Origin: Picochlorum sp. SENEW3
Lineage: Eukaryota
Direction: 5' to 3'
NCBI GenBank assembly: GCA_034226945.1
Contig: CP120453.1
Span: 992,001 to 1,056,000, forward strand
Length of the DNA: 64,000 nt
Part shown: piece by piece, positions 22,330 to 34,350 of the stretch
Layout of the letters: each line of letters begins with the position of its first letter
How positions within the stretch are numbered: position 1 is the stretch's first letter
Program-made: the position numbers and the translations under genes
The notes under the pieces: model-generated
Told to the model about the DNA's origin: nothing
Database searches by the model: none
What the model saw: only the letters and a program-made list of their open reading frames with translations

Positions 22330-25050
22330 ATGGGTTGCTGTGTATCCAAACCCAAGACCCAGGATGCGCACGACGGGGCAGGAAAAGCGTACGTGTAACG
22401 TTTCATACGCGTATTAAGGAATGCTCAAGTCATATGAATGTTATATGTGTGTAGAAGATCCATGCTCGAGTCAATTTCCATGTCAATCCGTCAGAGTCAT
22501 ATGGACTCTGACCCAGCAGAGCACTTAGACGACTTGTTGGATGCCGATCTGGGGTTACCAGGGGAAGGGAAGACTGGGAAAGGCAAGAAAGATGAAGATA
22601 TTAGTACGAAAGGGTCTGCAAAGAGTCAGAAGGTGAAGCAGACGGACTTTTTGACGGTGGGTGTTTTGGAAGGGACGACATTTTTGAATGATTACATTGT
22701 TGTTGATACGCTTGGAAGGGGGTCATATGGGAAAGTGAAGCTGTGTTTGAATATATTAGATAATAATCTCTACGCTATCAAGGTTGTGGAGTTGAATGTG
22801 TTGAGGCAGCATGAAAAATCAAAAGGATTGCAGAGAAAGTCAATGGGAGCAGGAAAGAAGACAAGTGTGGATCAGGATGAGGAGTTGCAGCGAGAGGTGG
22901 ATGTGATGAAGGCTTTGGATCATCCTAATCTAGTTACTCTGTATGAAGTGATCAAGAGTACCAGCGGCAAGTTGCTGATGGTGATGGAGTATTGTGAGGC
23001 TGGTCCAGTGGTGGATGGGTCTTCGACAGAAGCAATGGCAGAAATCATTGCACATCATATTTTCAAGCAAATCGTGCTTGCAATGGAATACTTGCACGCG
23101 AATGGGATTGTCCATGGTGATATCAAGCCGGAGAATATGCTCCTATCAGGGGATGGGTCTGTCAAGATTTCAGATTTTGGTCAGAGTCAAATCTTATCAC
23201 CAGAGTCTTCAAAGCTTACCAAAACTCTTGGGACGCCTGCATTTTTGGCTCCGGAAGTATGTGCAGGAGAAGAATACGATGGGTTTGCTGCGGACATTTG
23301 GTCGCTGGGCGTTTCTTTGTATCACTTTATTTTTGGTGAGTTGCCTTTCAAAGGTGACAGCCTGATTGATTTGTATGACCAGATTGCAGAGAGAGATATC
23401 ACGTTTCCTGAAAATGTTCCGCTGTCGATAAACTTGCAAGATTTGTTTCTTCGTTTGCTAAATAAGGATCCAAAATATCGGATTACGATTGAAGAACTCA
23501 TGTCGCATCCCTGGATATCTGATTGTGATGGAACCATATCTGAAGAGGCATTGGAGGTGATCGAATCTGCCGAGGGCGAGGTCTGCTGTCCTACTACAAA
23601 CAGTGATAGTGATAGAAAGATTGATTCGATGACATCATCGAAAGTCACTGCGTCGTTGTTGAATTCTTTGAGCCAGAGGTCAAAGACCATGGACTCACGA
23701 ATGCACACATTATCATCAGACTCATTTTTGGTTGGGAAATTGGATAGTACTGCATCTCTTCCACACATGGACGTTATTGAATCAAAAATGGATGAAGAAG
23801 CTTCCATGGAACGATTTGAGAGCATTGCGGAGCATTTGGTATCATCCCAACAGAGTATTTTGGATTCTAGAAAGCATGATTCGGGCGACAAATCTGCAGA
23901 AGATGCACTTGACGTGTTGCGGTCACACAGACAATCAGGTGGCGAAACAAGTAAAGATTCACATCATAGAAAAAAGTCTTCTTTATCTCATGACGAGGCA
24001 ACTGCAGTCCTTGCAGGTCCCTTGTCAGTTATTTCTCATGGCATGTCCACAGGCATGGAGGATGCAATAGCTTTACCATATCGCAGTCCCTTTGAAATTT
24101 CAGAAGATTCGCATACTGTTGACGCGATTGAAGATGCTTCGCTACTTCAATTCAAGGCTGGGGAAACTATTGATAAAATTGGCCACGGAAGTGACTATGC
24201 ATACTTTATTGATGAGGGACATGTGCAGATCAACTATTGTGCAGACTTGCCCGTCTCACTGGATGAAGTGTTTCAGAATGCAGTATATAGTGTTATCCAA
24301 TCGCACGTCTCAGGAAATCTTGAGCAGGCTGATTCAATATCCTATTCAGAGCATGTAGCAAATCTTGCAATCTCTCAGGACAGCAAATCTATCTGGGACT
24401 ATATTGAGGACCGTGCAGCATCAATCTTTCCAGGATCAGCGGGGTCACCAGGCGTTACATCAAAAAGAAAATTACATGCGCAATCCGATCCACGATTGCA
24501 GCCTATCGCTCAAGTCCTGGAGACAGCAGAGGAAATTGTCCATAATTCAGTTGGAGGAAACGTTGGAAATCTTCTGCAATCCATCAGGAGGAAAGGTCAA
24601 TTTGTGGGTGCTGTCAGCATGTTGAATCCACAGTTCTATGGCTCAAAATGGTTTGCTAACATGACAGCCATTGAGGATGTCATCGTGATTCGAATGTCAA
24701 AGAGTGCTTTGGACAGATTTCTAGTGGAAAATCCAATGTCTCAAATCCACTTGAGGGCATCCATGGCAACAACAGTATCAGAACTCGTCAAGCTAGAAGC
24801 TTTGGAGAAAATAGCAATGGCCAGGAGGAAAATGTTGTCTCAGACCTCTGACGACAGTATTACATCTGCCATTGGTGCCAGTTTAGAGGAAGTTGCCAAG
24901 CACATTACAGAAAGTGCTGCAGCAGGGGCTGAGATTTTATCCAAACTAGATGTATTTGCACTTGTCGGCAAGTTACGGGAGAATATAGATACCAACAGTA
25001 CTTTCAAATCTGTTTTTACAAAGAAGAGTACGAAAACCATGAAAAAATAA
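22330..25050 (+). CDS. CaMKK/GRIK(SnAK)-family Ser/Thr kinase with N-terminal acylation motif and C-terminal cNMP-binding-like region (intron 22389..22454)
   Basis: Exon 1 MGCCVSKPK... splices in frame. Kinase motifs GRGSYGKV, YAIK, HGDIKPEN, DFG, GTPAFLAPE. Confidence 0.85.
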
Positions 25051-25125
25051 AATAACTCCAGTGTGAAAAATCAAATCGCTCAGATTATTTATAGCAATCT
25101 CAGTGCATCAGCTTGAATATGAAGT

Positions 25126-25716
25126 TCATCCGTAATAATATTGCCACCACTCGTCATAAGAAGAAAATTCTGGTTTGGGTGGTGAAGGTGGTGGTGGAGG
25201 AGGAGGAGAAGAACGTCGGGGTGGTGGTGGAGGAGGAGATCTACGACGTGGTGGTGGAGGAGATCTCCTTTCATCGGGGCATGTCGTGTATCTCCATGTG
25301 ATTTTCTTCTTATCCCAAGAATACCCAGTAATAGCTTTCAACGCAGTCGTAGAAAAGTCTACATTGCCTTCTTTGCATGCCCAGCTGGGACAAAGGTCAA
25401 CAATCTTTGCATACACAGTCTTGATGCGATGCCCCCTGGTTGTATGTCCTTTGACACCACGCACAGCAATGCATTTACCACAAATACCCTTTCTTGATCC
25501 CATCTTCTTCCAATCTTTCTCATTCATCGCAGCGTAATAGATCTGCCATTGTTTTGGAAGCTTCTTTCTGTTAAACTGGCACGCATTCTTCCCAGTCTTG
25601 TCCATCTTGAAAGGCCCCGAATAGGCTGTTCCCATGCCTCGATGCGTCTTTCTCTTCGCCTCAACATTCAGTATAAAGGCTAAAATTCCAATAATCAATG
25701 CTATGAAGAATCGCAT
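25126..25716 (-). CDS. Secreted RlpA-like double-psi beta-barrel (expansin/loosenin-like) protein with SPn tail
   Basis: Signal peptide MRFFIALIIGILAFILNVEA; YYAAMN, CGKCI, KIVDLCP, VDFS; RRSPPPPP repeats. Confidence 0.8.
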   Translation of the reverse strand: MRFFIALIIGILAFILNVEAKRKTHRGMGTAYSGPFKMDKTGKNACQFNRKKLPKQWQIYYAAMNEKDWKKMGSRKGICGKCIAVRGVKGHTTRGHRIKTVYAKIVDLCPSWACKEGNVDFSTTALKAITGYSWDKKKITWRYTTCPDERRSPPPPRRRSPPPPPPRRSSPPPPPPPSPPKPEFSSYDEWWQYYYG

Positions 25717-26247
25717 CCTGCCGTTCCCGACGAATCGACGAAAATCGAGTTTAAAGCGTTGCCGCAGCTGTCCACAGTCAGTCGGCGAGTTTACCCACTC
25801 ACAAACAATCTCCCACGATTCTGTTTGGGGAACAAAAAAGAAAGAATATTTACACGGATCGTTCAAAGTACAAGGAGGTTCTTGTACCAACAACAATCCT
25901 GAATGATATTGTTGTCGAGAGACATGCCTGCAAGACTTGTCAGTCGGTCAGACATGGTGTCAGACCTGGTCAGACCTGGTCAAACCCTTGTCAGCACACA
26001 CATGCTTGTTGGTCATTCCATTATTCAATATCCGCCTCGATACTCAATACGTTAAACATGTATTCTAAAGATGCAGTGCCTGCAGCATAGCTCCCATGCA
26101 CTCTCTGATGAGTATTCCCATGTGTGAGCACATGTGGGTCAGCCCCGCCCTGACCATGAACCAGGGCTGAAACCTAAAACTACCGTAGATGAAATAACTG
26201 CATTACATGCATTACATTTCCATCATTTAAAGATATAATTAAAAACG

Positions 26248-27660
26248 ATGGCATTGCAAAGGCTGAGAACGAGACTGCTCCTCGTGAGCACTGTGGCATA
26301 CTGTTGTGTGGCCACTGTTTCGAACAGTACACCAGACTTGGTACATTCGGCTGCTGCTATAGAAGATTGGATTATAAATATTCGACGAGAGTTGCATATG
26401 TATCCAGAACTCATGTTCCAGGTGCGTGGCCTTTCTTTCTTGCCATTTTTAAAACTACATGGGACAATTTTTTACAACGACCTCTTCCTCGACCAATCCA
26501 ATACATACCTTGTGCAGGAAGAAAAGACGAGTGCGAAGATTCGATCGATATTGGATTCTCTCAAGATATCCTACCAGTACCCAGTGGCAAAGACTGGTAT
26601 TGTAGCAACTATTGGGTCTGGTTCGCCAGTGGTTGCTTTACGGAGTGATATCGATGCTCTTCCGATTCTAGAGGAAACTGGGTTTGAATTTAGTTCCAAG
26701 TCAGCGGGAGTCATGCATGCGTGCGGGCATGATGCACATATGAGTATGTTGTTGGGTGCTGCTAGGATGCTCAAAGAGAGGGAGTCAAGTCTTCAAGGGA
26801 CTGTCAAGTTCTTGTTTCAGCCTGCTGAGGAGGGTGGAGCTGGTGGAGATGTGATGGTGAAAGAAGGGGCCTTGGAGGGGGTTGATGCTGCGTTTGGATT
26901 GCATGTGTGGCCGACGTTACCATCGGGTGTGGTTGGCACACGCCCTGGCACAATCATGGCAGGGTCATTGGTATTTAAAGCTACCTTTGCCGGTGCGGGT
27001 GGGCATGCGGCTATGCCACATTTGACTAGAGATCCTGTGGTTGCTGCTTCGTCGACGGTGGTGAGTTTGCAATCCTTGGTGGGGAGGAATGTATCTCCAT
27101 TCTCTTCTGCTGTTGTGAGTGTCACACGGGTCTGGACAGAGGAGGAAGGGTCCATTGGAGCCTGGAATGTGATTCCTCATGTCGCTCATATCGGTGGTAC
27201 GGTACGAGCTACAACGGATGAAGATATGGCGTATTTGAAAGCGCGTATAGAAGAGATTGTTGACAGTCAGGCAAAGGCAATGGGGTGTGAAGGATCAGTT
27301 GATTGGATGCTTGATCATCATCCATACTATCCTCCAGTCGTTAATGACAAGGATGCAGCGTCATTTGTGTCTTCAGTGGCATCCAAAGTATTTGGAGCAG
27401 ATATGGTGGATCCAAACGTAGAAGCAACCATGGCAGGAGAAGACTTTGCATTTATAGCCCGCAAGGTTCAGTCAGCATTTACATTCCTAGGAATTCGAAA
27501 TGAAACTGCGGGGTCAGTTCATGGATTGCACACCGCAAAGTTTACCATGGATGAATCAGCCTTGAAAAAAGGCGCTGCATTACATGCCATCCTCGCAACG
27601 GAATTCTTACGCAACAAGGGTCTAGGATTGTCCACAGGTGGCAGACGAGATGAACTTTAA
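26248..27660 (+). CDS. M20D amidohydrolase, IAA-amino acid hydrolase ILR1-like (in-frame intron 26422..26517)
   Basis: RRELHMYPEL, LRSDIDALP, MHACGHDAH, FQPAEEG, GGHAAMPH, GEDF; signal peptide; ends RDEL. Confidence 0.9.
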   Translation: MALQRLRTRLLLVSTVAYCCVATVSNSTPDLVHSAAAIEDWIINIRRELHMYPELMFQVRGLSFLPFLKLHGTIFYNDLFLDQSNTYLVQEEKTSAKIRSILDSLKISYQYPVAKTGIVATIGSGSPVVALRSDIDALPILEETGFEFSSKSAGVMHACGHDAHMSMLLGAARMLKERESSLQGTVKFLFQPAEEGGAGGDVMVKEGALEGVDAAFGLHVWPTLPSGVVGTRPGTIMAGSLVFKATFAGAGGHAAMPHLTRDPVVAASSTVVSLQSLVGRNVSPFSSAVVSVTRVWTEEEGSIGAWNVIPHVAHIGGTVRATTDEDMAYLKARIEEIVDSQAKAMGCEGSVDWMLDHHPYYPPVVNDKDAASFVSSVASKVFGADMVDPNVEATMAGEDFAFIARKVQSAFTFLGIRNETAGSVHGLHTAKFTMDESALKKGAALHAILATEFLRNKGLGLSTGGRRDEL

Positions 27661-27712
27661 TGTGTATCTTTTCTTCATCATTGTGAAAGAATAGGAATCA
27701 TCGACCACAGTA

Positions 27713-28420
27713 TTACTCCACTTCCTTGAGATAATCACCCACTTCCTCTGCAGTCAGTACTTTAAACACGCCATCAGATCCCACAATACCCACCTCCACA
27801 TTATCTCCTGCCATTTCACCCTCAAACCCTTCCTTCAATGTCAACAGGGCAGTATGAATAGCATCCTCCAACTCCATCTCCTCATTATACCTCTTTTCCA
27901 GGAATGCCTTTGCATTCACCATATTCTTCCCAATAGCAGACGCCTTCCACGCAAAATACGACCCACTCGGGTCCACCTGATACAGCTGAGGCCCATTCTC
28001 ATCGTACCCAGCCATCATGAGTGACACCCCAAAAGGCCTCACCCCTCCAGACTGCGTGAATTCTTGCATCACCGTCGCCGTCTCTCGCACCAACTGAGCA
28101 ACAGATATCTGCTCATTGTATTGCCGATAATACACCTGGCCAGATTTGCGAGCCTTGCGAACTAAAACCCGAGAGTCTGGACCCATACCACTGTACGTCA
28201 TCCCAATATTCGGTGTCACCAGTGATATCTTACGGACAGTACTCTCATCTACTAAAACAGAAGGAAGCTTCTTTTCTGTGGCCAGAACCACCCCATTCGA
28301 TGCTTTAATCCCAAGAGAAGTCGCTCCCGAATTCACAGCATTCAACGCATATTCAATCTGCACCAGTTTCCCACTTGGACTAAATGTTGTCAAACTAAAT
28401 GAATACTGTGATTCACCCAT
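27713..28420 (-). CDS. PSMA2: 20S proteasome subunit alpha type-2
   Basis: [33 protein letters not shown]. Confidence 0.95.
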   Translation of the reverse strand: MGESQYSFSLTTFSPSGKLVQIEYALNAVNSGATSLGIKASNGVVLATEKKLPSVLVDESTVRKISLVTPNIGMTYSGMGPDSRVLVRKARKSGQVYYRQYNEQISVAQLVRETATVMQEFTQSGGVRPFGVSLMMAGYDENGPQLYQVDPSGSYFAWKASAIGKNMVNAKAFLEKRYNEEMELEDAIHTALLTLKEGFEGEMAGDNVEVGIVGSDGVFKVLTAEEVGDYLKEVE

Positions 28421-28533
28421 TGCTATGTATACACTGCTAGTAGTACTGCGAAGAGAAGAAAACCGTGTGATCACAGACACAGTCGATGCGTGTTTGTAAC
28501 TATCAGATTCCTTATTAGATTTCCGTATGAATA

Positions 28534-30594
28534 TTAATAATTATTACTATGGTTCTGAAGAGACGATAGGATGTTTGACTTGATGGACTCGATCCCTTGT
28601 CTTTTGGATGGAGATTGAACTACCAAGGATGGGACATGGATCAACGACGTTAGTGTCGGTCTTCCATGAGCGCATTCATAGTACTGCATGGTGGATGACA
28701 GAGAACGTACTAGTGCTCGGGCTTGGTCCATGGTGAGGGCATCTCCAAACATGATTGCTCCTCTGCATGCAATGGAGGCAAGGACTCGGTAACACCCTTG
28801 GGGTGCAACTCTGCATGCAGAGGTCTCGACAAGCTGATGGATGTATAGCTTCAAATCAGCTCCTGAGAGTGCCTTGTGATATATAAGTGGTACATGCGTG
28901 ACCAAGATGCTCTTTGTTGATGGGCACCAGGGTTCCCATCTCCATCCCCATGCATTCGCATGAGTCTTGTACAGTTCAAAGAGCTCAACTTCATCCTGAC
29001 CGACGTATACATGGAGACTCTCTGGGCATTTCCAAGACTGTACAAACTCTGGGTTCGGATGTCCATCTTCCAGGAATACCTGTGATTGGAGAACTTCCAA
29101 TCGCACGCGTTCATCTGCTGCATGCTGGTCAACCAGACCCAGGTTTCCAGATGCAGATTTGAATGCAATAAACTTTCGATCAATCTGACCAATGATGGTA
29201 CAATCGATGATATCTTCCCTCTGTAATTGATCCTGTCTGAGGCGCCGGAAACTTCGTTCTTCATGACGGGCTACTGTCGATACTGGGAGGGAAAATGATG
29301 AGTGTGGATCAGTGTGGGGTATGAGAACCGGGTTCTTCCATCCAGATATCAGCTCGTCAACGACATGCTTATTTTGAGATGACGATCGCCGCCGCTTTGG
29401 AAGTTGCGATAGATAATTTCTGCTACCATGAGAATGATCATCCATCACAGGAGTCGCCACGTCATTGGTCGTGACACTCTGATTGACATCATGGCATAAT
29501 CCACGGTGAATCACTCCTCTGTATCTATACTGGTCTAATTCCAATACCATATCATTACCACTATCGTGTTGTCGCTTCACACTATTCATCATACGTTGTT
29601 CATTCTTTTTCTTCTCTTTTGGTGGAGTTCCATTCGCAAAACTTTCCAACACATGGATGAGGCGTCCACTCAATGACTGCCTCCATGCATGAAGAAAACA
29701 GGCCTCTACAGACTCCATGATATCATCCCATACAGGCATCTGGCCTGTTCTTCTCGCATCCATATTTTCAGCTTGTATACATAAAATATACATGGCATGC
29801 GCATGCAATGATTTCTTCACACGCAATACCTCCCCTCTCGGGGGCAACAACTTTACATTATCCTGATACACGTGCATGTACAATGCATCAATCCTATCTT
29901 GGACCTCTGCATTCTCCACCAACATAGAATGCACATACAGTCTCTGCCTCCCTCGCGTCGCATATCCTACTGGCGGCAAGACTGCATATCCAGAAAACAC
30001 CCAACCATGCCCATGCCCACTCAAAGGCACCACCAATTCTGGATCAACATGCCCAAAAAATTCTGCCGCCTTGACATCAAACGGTTTCCCTCGAACACTC
30101 TTGTACACAAACCGCTTTGACTGTTTACAATACACTGTAAAAGTGACATGCTGCGAGATCAACGCAATATTCTCTATGCGCCTCCGACAATCATACACCA
30201 TCCGTGCCCTACTGCTCGTGTGACCACCAGTCTCACTGTCCCAATCCTTGACCACCAATCGAGTCCCCTGCCTCCCATTCATAGAAGACTTTACATCAAT
30301 CAACCGACATCCTCTATCATACACCGCTGATACTGTTGTAAAACTCCCTTGCTCCCTACTTTCCACTCGCATAATCCCAGCACATGAACTGATTCGCTCC
30401 AACACGGGTATTCGACAATCCCCACGTGCTGTCCCCACAGAACTCATGAGACGTTTACTCAAACCCAACCCACCAGTCTCCCGTACAGCAAAGCCCGAGG
30501 TCCCGTGAATCTCGACATGAATCTCCCTCGCATGAGAAAACTCAACACTCGCTCGAACCCAACTCTCCACACACTCTGGCATAGACCCAGTCAT
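28534..30594 (-). CDS. MLH3: MutL-family protein MLH3 (divergent N-terminus)
   Basis: [36 protein letters not shown] are MLH3-type C-terminal motifs. Confidence 0.82.
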   Translation of the reverse strand: MTGSMPECVESWVRASVEFSHAREIHVEIHGTSGFAVRETGGLGLSKRLMSSVGTARGDCRIPVLERISSCAGIMRVESREQGSFTTVSAVYDRGCRLIDVKSSMNGRQGTRLVVKDWDSETGGHTSSRARMVYDCRRRIENIALISQHVTFTVYCKQSKRFVYKSVRGKPFDVKAAEFFGHVDPELVVPLSGHGHGWVFSGYAVLPPVGYATRGRQRLYVHSMLVENAEVQDRIDALYMHVYQDNVKLLPPRGEVLRVKKSLHAHAMYILCIQAENMDARRTGQMPVWDDIMESVEACFLHAWRQSLSGRLIHVLESFANGTPPKEKKKNEQRMMNSVKRQHDSGNDMVLELDQYRYRGVIHRGLCHDVNQSVTTNDVATPVMDDHSHGSRNYLSQLPKRRRSSSQNKHVVDELISGWKNPVLIPHTDPHSSFSLPVSTVARHEERSFRRLRQDQLQREDIIDCTIIGQIDRKFIAFKSASGNLGLVDQHAADERVRLEVLQSQVFLEDGHPNPEFVQSWKCPESLHVYVGQDEVELFELYKTHANAWGWRWEPWCPSTKSILVTHVPLIYHKALSGADLKLYIHQLVETSACRVAPQGCYRVLASIACRGAIMFGDALTMDQARALVRSLSSTMQYYECAHGRPTLTSLIHVPSLVVQSPSKRQGIESIKSNILSSLQNHSNNY

Positions 30595-30936
30595 TGTTGT
30601 TGCAATTTTTTTATAATTAATTCGGATACTTCATTCATGTCTGGAATTGTGGTGCACCCACATCTGCAAGAGATAAATTAATGAATTCAAACCCATGAAT
30701 TGAATTGAATTGAAATGTTTTTCTCTTTCAAGAGCAGAAGGAGATTACCTCCTCGGATCTTTTAAATCTCTCATGAAAATGTATTGTATACTAAAGTAAA
30801 GGAATACGACGCATTTCCCATAGATGCGGAGTCATAAAAATCCTTCATATTGTACCATTTTACGGAATAATTAGACATTGTAATCACATCCTTACAAAAC
30901 AGCAAGACACATTATTAATTTAATAGTTACATCATC

Positions 30937-31694
30937 ATGGATTCAGCGGATGATTGGAAGAAACGGCCGATGATGGCCCCAATCACAGTCCGTTTGCAAC
31001 CAGGTCTTCATGCGCAAGAGATTCATATTATGCATCCATTGAACGCAGAGATATCCTCAGAGAAAGACAGAGAAGAATTTGTGGAAAGAGAAGCAGCAGA
31101 GTTGGCGAAGCAGACGAATGGAGATGCGTACGTGTACCTTTTTTTTCTTTCTTCCAACATATTCATCTCTGTTCCATGTCATGTGAATGTTGTTGACCGT
31201 CATAGAGTATGTGCAGCGCATTCATCAAGGCGCAGTTAGAGCAGGCGAATAGATTATTTCACGATGCTGAAGGAAGGCGCTTGGATCCAGAAGTGGTTGT
31301 ATTGACGCTTGTTGCTCCAATTGTAGCAAGAAAGAACCAGGACACTGATGAAGAATACATGCTATTACATCGGTGCTACTGGGACATCCACACGCCTCAT
31401 GCTATGGTGGATGTGTACTGCGGTGATATAGTGAATGATATGGGGTTTGATAGCTCGACTGCTCAACTGCTGAGTATGTGTATGAAGTCAGAAATAGATG
31501 CCATCAGACAACAGTCTGTCACAGCTCCAAAAGACACGCGGGGTGATACGCGGGATATTCTTGTGGATACAAAGACAAAGATGGTGTTTCCCATGGTGAT
31601 CAAGGGTGGGCGAGATGTGGCCGAGAGACTGAAAGAGTCGTTGAAAGATGTGCCATTTGGTGAAGAAGAGTGCCTCATGGATGTACAAGCTTGA
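30937..31694 (+). CDS. Short SNF5/SMARCB1-repeat-like protein (intron 31128..31216)
   Basis: In-frame splice (GDA|AFIK). LLHRCYWDIHTPHAMVDVYCGDIVNDMGF resembles the SNF5 repeat (D.F.WD...PE.FA..L..DLGL). Confidence 0.5.
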
Positions 31695-31784
31695 GGCCGT
31701 GTCACAGATGGATTCAGTGTATTTATTCATAGAAGAATTGATTATTTAACCCAACAGTATTGTACATACTCTATCAATAAGGGC

Positions 31785-32536
31785 ATGGTCAAGTTAACAG
31801 CCGTGGCCATTCTCAAATTCAATGGGCCTGAGAATGAGCCATATCTTCTGTCCTTTGTGGCTGATTTGGCATCCTTTGGATATTTTCAGAGGAATTCTGT
31901 AAAGGAATTTCTCATGTTTGTGTCTCGGACGGTGTCAAGGAAAACGGCCGTGGGTCAACGACAAACTGTGCAGCAGGATGAATACTTTTGTCACGCGTAT
32001 AATAGGGATGGATTGGTTGGAATAGCATTTGCTGATAAAGAGTATCCTGTTCGGGCGGGATTTTCAGTGGTGAATAAAATACTGGACGATTTTGAGGGGA
32101 AGCAGGGTGACAGTTGGAGGGGGGCCACTGCTGATACGTTTACACAGGAAAATCCAGATTTGGAGGCATCGCTGCAGAAATACCAGGTGAGTGGCATCTT
32201 GTATCTTCATGGGGATGGATGGACTGCTGTGATGATGATTATCATGATGTTGATGTAGGATCCTGTGCAAGCTGATAAGCTGACAAAGATTCAGCAGGAT
32301 TTAGATGAGACAAAGATTATTCTTCACAAGACGATTGAGAGTGTTTTGGATAGAGGTGAAAAGCTGGATCAGGTACGGTGATGAAGACAACCACTATGGA
32401 TGTTATACACAAGGCAAGAGAGTGATTGTGATCCTTTGTATTGCAGTTGGTGGACAAGAGTAATGATTTATCTCTGGCGAGTCAAATGTTTTACAAACAG
32501 GCGCGGAAAACGAATTCTTGCTGCAATTTCATGTGA
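31785..32536 (+). CDS. YKT6: Longin R-SNARE YKT6 (introns 32187..32258, 32373..32446)
   Basis: [10 protein letters not shown] longin domain; [27 protein letters not shown] motif; C-terminal CCNFM CAAX box. Confidence 0.95.
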
Positions 32537-34208
32537 GGAAAAAGGCACTTTGTTCTTCCTGTGCGCTTTGTGACAGTGAAGCAATCAGTGGGTCTTTGGT
32601 TATGTTTTCAGAATACTGTCCGTGGGGAATTGTCATGTGACATATGTAGCCAGGAGATAGGGTCCTACTTTTATATGGTATTGGGTGTGTGATGTGTTGG
32701 ATGATGGACCACCAGTCAAATTTCGGGTTGCTGTCAACATGATGGAATATTGGGCCATTGCCATTGAATTGTATCTGCATGGATGTGACATTTTCGCTTT
32801 GTACATGTAATCTAGCAATATATTTTTTATAATCATCGTCAAAGACACGTGCCTTATCCATGGGAAATGATGCCACGGCTGTGCAGGAGGCTAGTTTTTC
32901 GAGCCTGCTGTTGACTAGAAAGGAAGCCAGGACAGCATGCTTTGGCAGTGCTGACATGATGCACTGCTGCTCCAAGGCCTCTTGTATCCTTTTCATCGGT
33001 TCTTTCTTGAATCTGTCGATGGTCTGCCTCAGCGTGAGAGCATTTATCAGAAGACTGCGGATGATTATATCTGTAGAATCGATATCTGATGATGCCAACT
33101 TGAGAAATTCTCCTCCTTCAATCTGTAGAATATGGCTTGAATTGCCTAGTATGTCATTTGGCACTTGAGTGTCTTCTGATAGTCTAGATAGCTCAATATT
33201 TGTTGTGAAGGTATCATGATGGTCTGGAATTAGTCTATTTTTGCGGACACTGGCAATCAGGCTGATCAGAATGGCTTGGACAATGTCTAGTTTGCTGGGT
33301 TGCATGTTGAGATTGCATGCAAGATCTGACATCTTTTGCTGCAATCTCTTGATCGCTGTGCTGGATACATATAAATACTTTGAAACAAAAGTTTGATTTG
33401 AATAATATCTCAGCGCTCCTGGAATAGCCATGAGTTTTGATGCATCCAGTTTTAAGACGTCAAGAGCTGTCTGCAAACCCCTGGGTTGATGATGACGTGC
33501 TCGCATATGATTCTTGGCAAACCAAGCGTCGTATTGTGATAGCATGCTGGGTTTATCGCTATTATTTAGTTGCAGTGCCTGATATATTGAAGACAGTTTC
33601 TCCAATATACGAACAGCTCTTCCCGCATCAGCTAGCACATGGGCAATATGCATGGTTAGCACTGAGCCATCAGTAAAGGTCACCAGGTCAAACTTGATCA
33701 GATCATGTGAAGGATTAATCATTTGATCTCTGTGAATGTAATCACTCTCTTCAAACAATGGCGTCGGACAGGACTCACTCCATAGCATATCCATAGAGGT
33801 TTGCATGGACATGGCTCTGGTCTTTGAACTGAGTGCAAGGTTGTACTTCTCATGACGAGGCTCAATCACACAACTAGGGTGCCTCCACCCAAAAGATGTC
33901 GACTTCAGTCTCTTTGATAGGATGGGAAGCTCAGATTTTAACACGTGTAGCGAGTGTCTGAGCAATGTTGGGCAAATACACGTCTCTTTGTAAAACAGGG
34001 AGACACTGAACGCCATATCTGCACACAATAACGACGCTGGAGAGGGCTGCTGGGTTTTGAGATGCTCTTGAGATGAAGTTGAATACGTGACTCCATTCCA
34101 ATAATCCTGCAGGACTGTTGTCAACCCCTGTTGTACCTTGTTCTGGTGTGGAACTGACCATCTCTCAGGACATTGAAGTCTCACAGTTTCTCGTATCACT
34201 CGAAGCAT
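32529..34208 (-). CDS. Divergent BAHD/transferase-family acyltransferase (probable GC-AG intron 32775..32852)
   Basis: HVLAD (HxxxD) motif; LRHSL...LPILSKRL N-terminal motif; LGNS; QFNGNGP at the position expected for DFGWG. Confidence 0.6.
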   Translation of the reverse strand: MLRVIRETVRLQCPERWSVPHQNKVQQGLTTVLQDYWNGVTYSTSSQEHLKTQQPSPASLLCADMAFSVSLFYKETCICPTLLRHSLHVLKSELPILSKRLKSTSFGWRHPSCVIEPRHEKYNLALSSKTRAMSMQTSMDMLWSESCPTPLFEESDYIHRDQMINPSHDLIKFDLVTFTDGSVLTMHIAHVLADAGRAVRILEKLSSIYQALQLNNSDKPSMLSQYDAWFAKNHMRARHHQPRGLQTALDVLKLDASKLMAIPGALRYYSNQTFVSKYLYVSSTAIKRLQQKMSDLACNLNMQPSKLDIVQAILISLIASVRKNRLIPDHHDTFTTNIELSRLSEDTQVPNDILGNSSHILQIEGGEFLKLASSDIDSTDIIIRSLLINALTLRQTIDRFKKEPMKRIQEALEQQCIMSALPKHAVLASFLVNSRLEKLASCTAVASFPMDKARVFDDDYKKYIARLHVQSENVTSMQIQFNGNGPIFHHVDSNPKFDWWSIIQHITHPIPYKSRTLSPGYICHMTIPHGQYSENITKDPLIASLSQSAQEEQSAFFLT

Positions 34209-34350
34209 TGTTCATCACCTTGTCCAGAAACATAAAAGAGTATGATGCAATAAATATTGACTCGATTACATCAAGATATTCGTGTATACCAATCTCTGAG
34301 AATACATGTGACCAGAGAGTTGTCATACCATTGACCATGGAGACACTCAC

